Part shown: positions 41,866 to 50,744 of the stretch, one piece after another
How positions within the stretch are numbered: position 1 is the first letter of the stretch
Layout of the letters: each line of letters starts with the position of its first letter
From: a virus
Lineage: Duplodnaviria; Caudoviricetes
DNA length: 64,000 nt
Direction: 5' to 3' (one strand)
Virus record (IMG/VR): IMGVR_UViG_3300020037_008176
Location: 38,305 to 102,304 of that record
The notes under the pieces: model-generated
What the model was told of the DNA's origin: nothing
The model's input: the letters and a program-made list of their open reading frames with translations, nothing else
The model's database searches: none
Position numbers and translations under genes: made by a program

Positions 41866-42615
41866 ATGAAAGAACAATTAGAAAAAGATGGTTATATAAT
41901 TTTAAGAAATTTTTTCCCATCACCTATAATAAGAAGAGTTTTGAATAATGCTAAATTTATTTTTGAAACTCAATTTGAATATTTCAAATACCCTACAAGT
42001 AATAATTATGTAGATTTATTCCATTTAAATATTATTCGTTTATTTAATGAACATGAAGAAATATTTAAAAATTGTGGAAAATTAATCCAAACAGGATGTA
42101 TAGATTTATATAAATTAGCAATTAATGATAGTTTAATTGAAACTATTTCTAAACTAGGAGTACAATCTCCAAATATGTGTACCCGCCCAGTCCTATTTTT
42201 TAACCACCCTGAACTGGCTAAATCAAAAGAATATTATATGACTCCTAAACATCAAGATTGGCCTTCAATGGAGGCAAGTCAAAATAGTTTAGTAGTTTGG
42301 GTACCTTTAGTTGATGTTAATAAAGATAATGGAAGTATAATTATTTACCCTGGCTCTCATAAAGAAGGAGTATTACCATTTACAACTGAAGGTGGGTTTG
42401 CTAAAGTAAATTATGAAGGAGAATCAATTCAACCTGAAATGAAAGTAGGTGATATAGCTATTTTTAGTACTAAATTAGTTCATGAATCAGGTCCTATTCT
42501 AAATGATACAATTCGATGGAGTTGCCATTTCAGATATACTGATATGATGGAAGATGATTTTATTGAAAGAGGATATCCATCTCCATATGTCTATAAACCA
42601 ATAACAAAGATGTAA
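41866..42615 (+). CDS. PhyH-family 2OG-Fe(II) dioxygenase
   Basis: HQDW, WVPL, NG.I..YPGSH, LVH.SG.....IRWS. Confidence 0.9.
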   Translation: MKEQLEKDGYIILRNFFPSPIIRRVLNNAKFIFETQFEYFKYPTSNNYVDLFHLNIIRLFNEHEEIFKNCGKLIQTGCIDLYKLAINDSLIETISKLGVQSPNMCTRPVLFFNHPELAKSKEYYMTPKHQDWPSMEASQNSLVVWVPLVDVNKDNGSIIIYPGSHKEGVLPFTTEGGFAKVNYEGESIQPEMKVGDIAIFSTKLVHESGPILNDTIRWSCHFRYTDMMEDDFIERGYPSPYVYKPITKM

Positions 42616-42887
42616 TGAGTAGAAGAAAACTAACAGCTACAACTTTAGAACAAGGAAAAGGAAGACAAGATCATTTTTGGAAAACAATCTCATTTTGTCC
42701 TACATGTCATAGACATGGAAGGGCTCCTTTACATGATATAGGATGTAAAGATGAATTTGTGCAAATTTCTCAAGATGCTCAAATTCCAAAAAGAAATTCA
42801 AGTAAACGTATTTGGAATTTTTTTAGAAGAAAATTTGTGGATAAAGAATTTAAAAGAAAATTTTATGAAAATAAAAATATTATATAG
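42615..42887 (+). CDS. Hypothetical protein with CxxC
   Basis: 90-aa ORF coupled to the upstream stop. Confidence 0.6.
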   Translation: MSRRKLTATTLEQGKGRQDHFWKTISFCPTCHRHGRAPLHDIGCKDEFVQISQDAQIPKRNSSKRIWNFFRRKFVDKEFKRKFYENKNII

Positions 42888-43563
42888 TCATATTAATACT
42901 CCTGAAGGACAAGAAATTAAAAACAGACCAAATTGGTTTAATTATGAAAAATGTTTTATAAATTTCCTAAGTACAATCCCAGGAATGGAACTTCATATAA
43001 TTTATGATAATACTAGAGGTAGTTTAGAAAATAATTGGATAAATAATTATCAAAATTTTGGAACAATTCATCAAATCCAAGGTGGTTCCATGATGAAGGC
43101 TGCCCAAGAAATGTATAAAATAGCTAAAGAATTATCTTCAGATATGGAAGATGGAGATTTATTTTATTTCTTAGAAAACGATTACTTACATACTCCAGAT
43201 TGGATTAATAAAGTTACCAACTTATATGAAACTTATAAATTAGATGGAGGATATGTAAGTTTATATGACCATCCCGATAAATATTTTGAACAAGTATACC
43301 CAAATTTATTTTGTCAATTATTAGCCACTGAAACTCACCATTGGAGAAATACTCCTAGCACATGCGGTTCTTATATTGTTAATAAAAAAACATTCTTAGA
43401 AGATTACGATATACATTCAGGATTGGAAGGAGATCATAATAAATGGTTATATTTAACTGAAACAAAACAACGATTCGTATTAACACCAATCCCAAGTTTA
43501 TCAACTCATTGCATGGAAGGATTATTAGCTCCTACTATTGATTGGAAACGAATAGATAAATAA
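42865..43563 (+). CDS. GT-A fold glycosyltransferase-like protein
   Basis: YFLENDYLH, YVSLYDHPDKY, STH; start moved from 42751 to MKIKILY to avoid a long overlap. Confidence 0.7.
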   Translation: MKIKILYSHINTPEGQEIKNRPNWFNYEKCFINFLSTIPGMELHIIYDNTRGSLENNWINNYQNFGTIHQIQGGSMMKAAQEMYKIAKELSSDMEDGDLFYFLENDYLHTPDWINKVTNLYETYKLDGGYVSLYDHPDKYFEQVYPNLFCQLLATETHHWRNTPSTCGSYIVNKKTFLEDYDIHSGLEGDHNKWLYLTETKQRFVLTPIPSLSTHCMEGLLAPTIDWKRIDK

Positions 43564-43565
43564 TT

Positions 43566-44207
43566 ATGGAAAGATTTAAATTTAATCCCGGAGTTTTCAA
43601 TTTTCAAAATGAATTGAGAAATTTATTTGATGTTTATCATTTAGATAAAATAAATGAATTTCAAAAAGTATTTAAACGAGAAGAAGACCAAAGTACCAAA
43701 TATCATAAATTATATTATGAGTGGGCTCGTACTGATAGTTTTGATAAATTATATACTTCATTCATTAAAAATATAGTACATAGAATATATAAACAAGAAC
43801 CTATAGTATATCAATCTATTCCAACATTCAGAATAGCCTTCCCAGGAAATATAGCAGTTGGAGAATGGCATAAAGATAAATGGTATAGAAATGGTGAATG
43901 GGCTGCTTCTGTAAAAGAAGATAATTTTTATTTACCCATAACTGATGCTTTCGATACAAATACAATTTGGGTTGAATCTGAAGAAGATAAAGGAGATTAC
44001 CATCCAATGAATTGTACATATGGAGAAATAATAAAATGGGATGGATGTAATTTGATGCATGGAAATAAAATTAATGAAACTGGAAAAACTAGAATATCAA
44101 TTGATTTTAGAGTTATAAAATATAAAAATTATATTCCTAGTGACCATGGTTCAATAAATATTGGAAGTAAATTCAGAATTGGAGAATATTATAAATTAAT
44201 GGAATAA
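43566..44207 (+). CDS. 2OG-Fe(II) oxygenase-like (StrG-like) protein
   Basis: YQ..PTFRI, WHKD, N.YLPITD, L.HGN..N.TG.TRISIDFR. Confidence 0.75.
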   Translation: MERFKFNPGVFNFQNELRNLFDVYHLDKINEFQKVFKREEDQSTKYHKLYYEWARTDSFDKLYTSFIKNIVHRIYKQEPIVYQSIPTFRIAFPGNIAVGEWHKDKWYRNGEWAASVKEDNFYLPITDAFDTNTIWVESEEDKGDYHPMNCTYGEIIKWDGCNLMHGNKINETGKTRISIDFRVIKYKNYIPSDHGSINIGSKFRIGEYYKLME

Positions 44208-44208
44208 T

Positions 44209-44988
44209 ATGGGAAAAATAAGTGTAATTATACCAACATATAAAACACCAGAAGCATTAGATTTATGTTTAAAATCAGCTATTGGAGGTCAAACTCAAGA
44301 AAACCAAATCATAGTAGTTGTAGATGGTTTTTATGATGTCAATAAAGAAATCCTTGAGAAATACGCAGAATCAATTGATATTTTAAATTTAGAAGAAAAC
44401 GTCGGCACTTGTAGAGCTACTAATTTAGGAGTTTTTAATGCGAAGAATGAATTAATTTTAATAGTAAATGATGATAATGTATTTCCACAAAATTGGGATT
44501 TATTATTAATAAAATCATACCAACCAAATTCAGTTGTATCTCCAAATCAAATAGAACCATATCCAAGTATGTTTCCTCAATTTATAATTAGAGATTTAGG
44601 GCGCGAACCCAAAACATTTGATTTAGAATATTTTTGGACAGTTGAAGGAGATGAAATATATCAAGACGAAGCCGATGAAACTGGCTCAACATTTCCATTT
44701 TTAATGGCTAAAAAAGATTATATGAGAATAGGTGGATTTGCTGAGGATTATCCATCACAAAGTGGATTTGTGGCTGATGTAGAATTTTTTTACAAATGCT
44801 ATCTTTCAGGAATGAAAATGTTAAGAACATATAATTGTCATTTCTATCATTTTGTTTCTATCTCGGCTAAATCTCCAGATCAAGTTGAAAAATCAAGAAT
44901 AGCAGAAATAGATTGTTGGGAATATTTTAAATATAAATGGGGGAAATATGGTATAAGAGATAAAAATAATATTTTATATTTAATTTAA
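44209..44988 (+). CDS. Glycosyltransferase family 2
   Basis: ISVIIPTY, VVDG, N.G...A.N.G, NDDNVF, YH. Confidence 0.9.
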   Translation: MGKISVIIPTYKTPEALDLCLKSAIGGQTQENQIIVVVDGFYDVNKEILEKYAESIDILNLEENVGTCRATNLGVFNAKNELILIVNDDNVFPQNWDLLLIKSYQPNSVVSPNQIEPYPSMFPQFIIRDLGREPKTFDLEYFWTVEGDEIYQDEADETGSTFPFLMAKKDYMRIGGFAEDYPSQSGFVADVEFFYKCYLSGMKMLRTYNCHFYHFVSISAKSPDQVEKSRIAEIDCWEYFKYKWGKYGIRDKNNILYLI

Positions 44989-45041
44989 ATTTATATTTTC
45001 AATCTTTATTCACTCTTTATTCTTTTTAATATTTATAGTAA

Positions 45042-45182
45042 ATGGGACGTTTAAAAAAATATCAAACTGCTGAAGAAAAAGCTAAAGCTAAACGTTTAAG
45101 GGCAAATAAATATTACTGGGAAAATAAAGAAAAACAAGATGAGAGAGCAAGAAATTATTATAGGAGAAAAAAGAATAACTAG
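45042..45182 (+). CDS. Small basic protein (46 aa) overlapping a GIY-YIG gene; paralog of 31182-31319
   Basis: MGRLKKYQTAEEKAKAKRLRANKYYWENKEKQDERARNYYRRKKNN*; ATG lies 4 nt after TATTTATA. Confidence 0.75.
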   Translation: MGRLKKYQTAEEKAKAKRLRANKYYWENKEKQDERARNYYRRKKNN

Positions 45183-45747
45183 AATATACCTAGTAACAAA
45201 TTGTTACGGAGATCCAAATAAAGTTTATATTGGTAAAACTAATAATAGAATAGGTAGAAAAACAAGACATATAAAAACATATGGAGAATATATAACATAT
45301 GATTATATTGATGAAATACAATCAATAAATAAAAAAGATTGGAAAATTATAGAAGGTTTTTGGATTCAATATTTTAAATTTTTAGGGTTTGATGTTCAAA
45401 ACATAAATAAATATGGAGGAGGAGGTCCTTCATTTTATAGTGAAGAACAAAAAAATAAAATGAGAAAACCTAAAAACCATGGGGAAAAAGTAAGTAAATC
45501 TTTAAAAGGAAGAAAAAATTATTGGGTTGTGAAAGGGAAAAAAGGTAGACTAAAAACTCCAATTATACAATTTGATTTAAAAAATAATTTTGTTAAAGAA
45601 TGGTCTTCACAAAAACAAGCTGCAACTGAGTTAAATCTAGATTTAGGTACTTTAACAGCGTGTTTAAAAGGAAGACAAAAAACTTGTGGGAGATTTATTT
45701 GGAAATATAATCCCATAAATACAAATAATTTAAAATCCTTACTTTAA
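45139..45747 (+). CDS. Free-standing GIY-YIG homing endonuclease with NUMOD1
   Basis: RIYLVTN..KVYIGKT, N...GGGG, QKTCGRFIWKY. Confidence 0.87.
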   Translation: MREQEIIIGEKRITRIYLVTNCYGDPNKVYIGKTNNRIGRKTRHIKTYGEYITYDYIDEIQSINKKDWKIIEGFWIQYFKFLGFDVQNINKYGGGGPSFYSEEQKNKMRKPKNHGEKVSKSLKGRKNYWVVKGKKGRLKTPIIQFDLKNNFVKEWSSQKQAATELNLDLGTLTACLKGRQKTCGRFIWKYNPINTNNLKSLL

Positions 45748-45795
45748 CTAGGAATTTAAGATATTTATTAATATATTTAAAAAAAGAAAAAATTT

Positions 45796-45984
45796 ATGAA
45801 AGAAGAGTATAAATATTTCGCATACCACTTCAAAGACGACCCAAATAAAGAAATAATTGATAGAGTTATATCTCTAAATTCAGATACTGCTCTCTGGTAT
45901 TTTGCAGAGAGAAAGAAAATGAAAGAATGGGTATTTTTAAATTTATTTAAAATCATAGAAGAAGATGGAATTCAAAAATCTTAA
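45796..45984 (+). CDS. Hypothetical protein
   Basis: 62-aa ORF after a promoter motif. Confidence 0.65.
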   Translation: MKEEYKYFAYHFKDDPNKEIIDRVISLNSDTALWYFAERKKMKEWVFLNLFKIIEEDGIQKS

Positions 45985-46375
45985 TAATTTTGGAAAAAAA
46001 TTACAATTAAAAAGAAGAATAATTGAAGAAAAAGAAATTTCCGAAGAGGAAATTTTTATTGATTTTGTTGATTCTCTTATTGGTTGTTGGGTTAAATCTA
46101 ATAAAGTATATGATTTATTTAAACTTAATATTTTAGAATATGAAGAAGATTTTTATAGGATAATTGAGGATTTAATTTTTCTCAAATATGGTCATTGGAA
46201 AACAGAACTTATTCTATGGTATATTTTTGCTAGAATTGATATTGATGGAAAAGTTCATCCATTAATAAGACAATCTATAGAAAATGAAGATGATTTAGAA
46301 GAAATATTATTAACAACCCCAAAAGAACTATGGGATTTTTTAATTGATGTAGAAAGTAAAAGAAACAATATATAA
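45965..46375 (+). CDS. Hypothetical protein
   Basis: 136-aa ORF. Confidence 0.7.
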   Translation: MEFKNLNNFGKKLQLKRRIIEEKEISEEEIFIDFVDSLIGCWVKSNKVYDLFKLNILEYEEDFYRIIEDLIFLKYGHWKTELILWYIFARIDIDGKVHPLIRQSIENEDDLEEILLTTPKELWDFLIDVESKRNNI

Positions 46376-46382
46376 ATAAGTT

Positions 46383-46739
46383 ATGGAAAAAATATGTACA
46401 GGATGTAATCAACCTATCCATCCAAAAAGATTAGAAATTTTACCAACAGCAACCCAATGTGTAGCCTGCTCCACAACCGGAAAAAAAGCAGGAATTACTG
46501 TTACCAAAGGAGAAGGTGACCACACATACAACGAAACAATTATTTTAGAACATGAAGATTTCATTAAATATCAGGAAATTGAGCTTAAAACCAAAGGTAA
46601 CAGACCTGATGATATTACTCACCCTGATGATTTTGTTGAGGAAGAGGAAATTGAAGAGGAAGAAGATGAAAATTTACCATTTTTAATTGATGAAGAAATA
46701 GATATTGATGATGATGAAACTGATATAATTGGATTATAA
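46383..46739 (+). CDS. DksA/TraR-type C4 zinc-finger protein with acidic tail
   Basis: CTGCNQPIHPKRLEILPTATQCVAC. Confidence 0.75.
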   Translation: MEKICTGCNQPIHPKRLEILPTATQCVACSTTGKKAGITVTKGEGDHTYNETIILEHEDFIKYQEIELKTKGNRPDDITHPDDFVEEEEIEEEEDENLPFLIDEEIDIDDDETDIIGL

Positions 46740-46744
46740 TTACT

Positions 46745-47413
46745 ATGAAAAAATCAGATGGAAGGCCTAGAAAAGATTTAATAAAAGAACAAATAGAAAT
46801 GGCTATGCGTAACACGAAATCAAATCGTGCCGCAGCTAGATTTCTTAATGTTTCTTATATTCATTATAAAAAATGGGCTAAACATTATCATGAATTTGAA
46901 GGTGGAAGATCCTTATTTGAAATTCACAAAAACCAATGTGGGAAAGGTATTCCTAAATTTTTAACTGGAGACCATGCTAAAAATAAAAGTAAATGGAATA
47001 TATTAGATGTAGTTGAAGGTCGTGTATCTGCTAATCATTTCAAACCTGAAGAAATCAAGAAAAAAATGATTGAAGAAGGTTTATTAAAAGAAGAATGTGA
47101 AATATGTGGATTCAATGAACGAAGATTAACAGATTATAAAATCCCACTTATATTAAATTTCAAAGACAATAATTCAAATCATTATAATTTAGGAAATATT
47201 CGCTTTTTATGTTATAATCATTATTTCCTATTTCATGGTGATATATTTAATAAACAAGATATTAAACAATTAGAAACACATCTCCCAGTTATAGGTACAA
47301 GTGATGCAATTGATTTTCAATTGGATGATTACCAAAAAGAACAATTATCTAAATTAGGTTTATATGAACCTCCAAAACCAGATGATGGTTCTGAATATAT
47401 TTCGAGAATTTAA
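46745..47413 (+). CDS. HTH plus degenerate HNH/Zn-finger protein
   Basis: SNRAAARFLNVS HTH; CEICG..D.N..HY.L.NIRFLCYNH. Confidence 0.65.
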   Translation: MKKSDGRPRKDLIKEQIEMAMRNTKSNRAAARFLNVSYIHYKKWAKHYHEFEGGRSLFEIHKNQCGKGIPKFLTGDHAKNKSKWNILDVVEGRVSANHFKPEEIKKKMIEEGLLKEECEICGFNERRLTDYKIPLILNFKDNNSNHYNLGNIRFLCYNHYFLFHGDIFNKQDIKQLETHLPVIGTSDAIDFQLDDYQKEQLSKLGLYEPPKPDDGSEYISRI

Positions 47414-47428
47414 GATATTTATAAATAA

Positions 47429-47587
47429 ATGGCAAAGCATAAAAAACATGATAAAATAGTTAAAGACTATGAAACTCAAAAAGCTGAGCATTTAGATAAG
47501 TTAGCTTCTCAAATGTTAAAAAATGATGAGAAGATGCAAAAATTAAAGGAGAAAAAAATAAATATAGATTTTCTTAAATTATTCTAA
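47429..47587 (+). CDS. Small hypothetical protein (52 aa)
   Basis: MAKHKKHDKIVKDYE..; follows a TATTTATA motif. Confidence 0.65.
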   Translation: MAKHKKHDKIVKDYETQKAEHLDKLASQMLKNDEKMQKLKEKKINIDFLKLF

Positions 47588-47591
47588 AATT

Positions 47592-47897
47592 ATGAAACCC
47601 AAAGAATTTAAAGTAAATACAAAGCAAGAATTTCAAGAATTGTTAGACAAAAAACATTTCAGTATTTCTTCAGCTATTGTAGAATCAATTTTGAAAAATC
47701 TAAAAACACGTAAAAAAGTAGTACCATTATTATCTATAAATTGTGTTGAAGAAGAAGAGATATTTGATTTAGAAGTAGAAAAAACACATTTCGCTGATAC
47801 ATTAAAAGATAATTTAGAATATTTTATAAAAAATGAAATGTATGAAGAATGTGGAAAAATAACTGATGCTATTAAATTACTTGATAATAAGAAATAA
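47592..47897 (+). CDS. Hypothetical protein
   Basis: 101-aa ORF. Confidence 0.7.
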   Translation: MKPKEFKVNTKQEFQELLDKKHFSISSAIVESILKNLKTRKKVVPLLSINCVEEEEIFDLEVEKTHFADTLKDNLEYFIKNEMYEECGKITDAIKLLDNKK

Positions 47898-47937
47898 ATC
47901 TTATAATATGTATGATAAATAAAAACTCATACATAAA

Positions 47938-48081
47938 ATGGCAGCAAAAGCAAAAGCTCAAACATCAATTCTTTTTATTAAACCTAAAAAATCTCGTCCT
48001 GGAGTTCACAGTAAAAAAACCACAAGTGGATTAAAAACTAGCAAAAACTACAGAAAATTATATAGAGGTCAAGGAAAATAA
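47938..48081 (+). CDS. Small highly basic protein ending YRGQGK (47 aa)
   Basis: MAAKAKAQTSISFIKPKKSRPGVHSKKTTSGLKTSKNYRKLYRGQGK*; no acidic residues; preceded by TATGTATG. Confidence 0.7.
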   Translation: MAAKAKAQTSILFIKPKKSRPGVHSKKTTSGLKTSKNYRKLYRGQGK

Positions 48082-48144
48082 AAATCAATTAAAAAGCTTG
48101 GATTACCAAGCTTTCATTCTTATATTTAAGAAAAAATAAAAGTT

Positions 48145-48666
48145 ATGATAGTCATAGAAGATACCTCAGTATTCCCACCACGCAAACATTTTGTAGATGT
48201 GGATGAAAAATTTAAACAATTTACTAAAGGCTGTAGAGTCTTACCAGCAGTATATTTTGAAGAACCAAATATTAATTTTATTTTAAAGGCACAATATGCT
48301 CCTGGTGATAAACCATCATTTCCTAATGGAGGATTTGAAGTATATGGTCCTGAAGGAAGTACATATAATTATGAATTAGATCAAGTTATAGTACATCCTT
48401 ATCAATTAAGATTGATGAAATATTTTTCTAAAATGGAAAATATTGATAAGGATAAAGTAGTGAGAGTAGTAGGTAATGGTAAACGAGGAAGACCTTCAAT
48501 TGATCCAAGTTTAAGAAAAACATTACCTAAATATGTACCTACTGGAGGAAAACGTGGACGTAAACCTATTGATCCTGAGGTGAAAGCAGCAAGAGAAGCT
48601 GAAATAGCTGAGAAACGTAAAAATAGCAATGGAAAACGAGGAAGACCAAAGAAACAATCTTCTTAA
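48145..48666 (+). CDS. Protein with three AT-hook-like GKRGR(P/K) motifs
   Basis: GKRGRP, GKRGRK, GKRGRP in the C-terminal third. Confidence 0.7.
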   Translation: MIVIEDTSVFPPRKHFVDVDEKFKQFTKGCRVLPAVYFEEPNINFILKAQYAPGDKPSFPNGGFEVYGPEGSTYNYELDQVIVHPYQLRLMKYFSKMENIDKDKVVRVVGNGKRGRPSIDPSLRKTLPKYVPTGGKRGRKPIDPEVKAAREAEIAEKRKNSNGKRGRPKKQSS

Positions 48667-48693
48667 TATATTTATAATATATAATAATACTCC

Positions 48694-48852
48694 ATGAAAA
48701 AATCACAATTACGTCAAATAGTTAAAGAAGAAATTAATAAAGTGATTAAAGAAGATGAGAGAAAGATAAAAATGGATAATCTTTTAAAAGAAGGTAAAAG
48801 AAAATTAGAAATTCTTAAACAATCTATGAAAAAAGAAGGATATGATATATAA
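48694..48852 (+). CDS. Small protein (52 aa) with LRQIVKEEI leader
   Basis: MKKSQLRQIVKEEINKVIKEDE..; follows TATTTATA; leader shared with 49105. Confidence 0.7.
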   Translation: MKKSQLRQIVKEEINKVIKEDERKIKMDNLLKEGKRKLEILKQSMKKEGYDI

Positions 48853-49146
48853 TCCGATTTTAGAAGATCATAAAACAATTGAAGGATATATTAAAAACTT
48901 AGATTCATTAATTGTTAGATTAAGAAAATTAGATAAACTTACTGATAAAAACAAACAAAACTTAATATCTATATATAATGATATTGTACTTCCTTGGATT
49001 GAAGAATATTATTTAAATAATAAAGAACTTCCCCCCAAAGAAGAATCAGAAATGATTGATTTTATTTTAGATCTTACAAATACAGCTTTAAAAATTTTAA
49101 ACAAATGAAACTTACTAAATTACGTCAAATAGTTAAAGAAGAAATT
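48707..49146 (+). repeat. 29-nt exact direct repeat AATTACGTCAAATAGTTAAAGAAGAAATT
   Basis: Copies at 48707-48735 and 49118-49146, at the 5' ends of two otherwise dissimilar ORFs. Confidence 0.85.
48842..49108 (+). CDS. Hypothetical protein
   Basis: 88-aa ORF. Confidence 0.65.
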   Translation: MIYNPILEDHKTIEGYIKNLDSLIVRLRKLDKLTDKNKQNLISIYNDIVLPWIEEYYLNNKELPPKEESEMIDFILDLTNTALKILNK

Positions 49147-49554
49147 GAATTAGTATTAACAGAAAATCAATTTGAAGACGAAATTAGTTCGAATCTTCAA
49201 GATAAGGTTGGGTTTAAAGCTCCAGATCCATCTGTAAAAAATACTTTCAAACCAATTACTTTAAAAACATTATCTTTACAACATGCTCTTGATGGAAAAT
49301 TATATATCCCATCTGGAACTGATGAAGTAACAGCTATTGATGTAACTAGTAGTCAAGCACAAAGTCAACTAGACAATGCTAGAAACGAATTAGTTAGAAA
49401 ATATGGTGAAGAAATATTAAATGCACCAATTATAATTAATCCAAAAGCAGTTTGGTTTGACAAATTTAAAATTGATTTCCCAAAATTAGGTGAAAAAGAA
49501 GAAGAATTCATCAAAGGAAAACAAGATTTCTTAAAAGGAGCAAGAAAAGATTAA
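49105..49554 (+). CDS. Hypothetical protein with LRQIVKEEI leader
   Basis: MKLTKLRQIVKEEIELVLTE. Confidence 0.75.
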   Translation: MKLTKLRQIVKEEIELVLTENQFEDEISSNLQDKVGFKAPDPSVKNTFKPITLKTLSLQHALDGKLYIPSGTDEVTAIDVTSSQAQSQLDNARNELVRKYGEEILNAPIIINPKAVWFDKFKIDFPKLGEKEEEFIKGKQDFLKGARKD

Positions 49555-49574
49555 TTTTATTATAAATAAAGGTT

Positions 49575-49898
49575 ATGGAAGAAAAAACTGAACGAAGAGG
49601 TCGTCCTACAATATCTAGTACTGACCCAGATCAACAACCACGTAAATTTACTCGTGAATATAAAGACCATTCGGGACATCGTTCTATATGGACATATGAT
49701 TTAGATAAAAATCCAAATGGTCCAATATGTGTAGAACAAATTTATCCTAAAGGTTATGAAGTTGAAGAATTTGATCCTACTAGTACAGATATCCCCAAAA
49801 CCAAAAGAATGTATTATAATGAATTAAATGGGAAACTTGTTGGATATACTCGTTATTGTGCTTTATTAAAAAAACAAAACCTCCCTCCCCCAATTTGA
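49575..49898 (+). CDS. Hypothetical protein (N-terminal RRGRP)
   Basis: 107-aa ORF, AAAGGTTATG start. Confidence 0.75.
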   Translation: MEEKTERRGRPTISSTDPDQQPRKFTREYKDHSGHRSIWTYDLDKNPNGPICVEQIYPKGYEVEEFDPTSTDIPKTKRMYYNELNGKLVGYTRYCALLKKQNLPPPI

Positions 49899-49943
49899 TT
49901 TTAATGGAAAATTAATTAGGTATATATTTATAATAAAAAATAG

Positions 49944-50693
49944 ATGATTTATATATATGTTTTAGAAAAAAATAATATTCCTTTTTATATAGGTAAAACT
50001 AAAAATCCAAAAAGTAGATTGAATAAACATAAAAAAATTCATTCGTGTGAAGTGTTTATCATTGATAATATTACTGATGATGAATGGAAATTTTGGGAAA
50101 AACATTATATTTCATTATTCAAAAGTTGGGGATTTATCCTTGAAAATAAAAATAATGGTGGGGGTGGTCCTAGTAGTATAAAATTTTCTAAAGAAAGAAA
50201 TGAAAAAATAAGTAAAGCTACTAAAGGTAAAGTAACTTCCCTAAAAACAAAAGAAGCTGTAAGTAAAGCAAATAAAGGACATAAATATAATTTAGGTAGA
50301 ATTCAATCTGATGAAACAAAACTTAAAATTAGTCTCGCAACTAAAGGAAAACCCAAACATACTCCCGAATCTATGGAAAAAAGATCTCAAAAAATGAGAG
50401 GAAGGAAATTAGATGAAAAGACTAAACAAAAGATGAGTAAATCACATTTAGGTAAGAAAAAATCCCCCCAACATGTATTAAATATGATGATGAATAGAAA
50501 GAATGTGATTGAAGGTGTAAAATTATCCAACAGTAAACCTATAATCCAAAAAGATTTGAATGGTAATTTTATAAAAGAATGGTTTAGTATTAGTGAAGCT
50601 AAAAAAATATTTGGGGGGAGTATTGGTAGTTGTTGTAATGGAAAACTCAAAACTTCTGGGGGATTTAAGTGGGAATTTAAGTCAAAAAATTAG
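49944..50693 (+). CDS. Free-standing GIY-YIG homing endonuclease with NUMOD3/NUMOD1
   Basis: YIYVLE...IPFYIGKT..P..R...H, NKNNGGGG, SDETKLKIS, KTSGGFKWEF. Confidence 0.9.
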   Translation: MIYIYVLEKNNIPFYIGKTKNPKSRLNKHKKIHSCEVFIIDNITDDEWKFWEKHYISLFKSWGFILENKNNGGGGPSSIKFSKERNEKISKATKGKVTSLKTKEAVSKANKGHKYNLGRIQSDETKLKISLATKGKPKHTPESMEKRSQKMRGRKLDEKTKQKMSKSHLGKKKSPQHVLNMMMNRKNVIEGVKLSNSKPIIQKDLNGNFIKEWFSISEAKKIFGGSIGSCCNGKLKTSGGFKWEFKSKN

Positions 50694-50719
50694 GATTACA
50701 AAATCTTTAAGTGTATATT
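50691..50719 (+). promoter_or_regulatory. Representative class A promoter-like motif: T(T/A)G(G/A)NN-N17-TATATT
   Basis: Same 23-nt start-to-start spacing at 358, 8513, 20424, 35333, 37918, 45749, 48098, 50691, 51769, 53373, 56152, 59680, 60036, 61695; variants at 11187 and 31933; all just upstream of gene starts. Confidence 0.8.
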
Positions 50720-50744
50720 TATACAAATTAAAAAAATAAAGGTT

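Noticed and set aside
3639-50693. Group I introns or inteins associated with the homing endonucleases
   Set aside because: Flanking genes appear complete, intergenic gaps are too short for a ribozyme core, and RNR, helicase and PolB have ordinary lengths with no intein termini.
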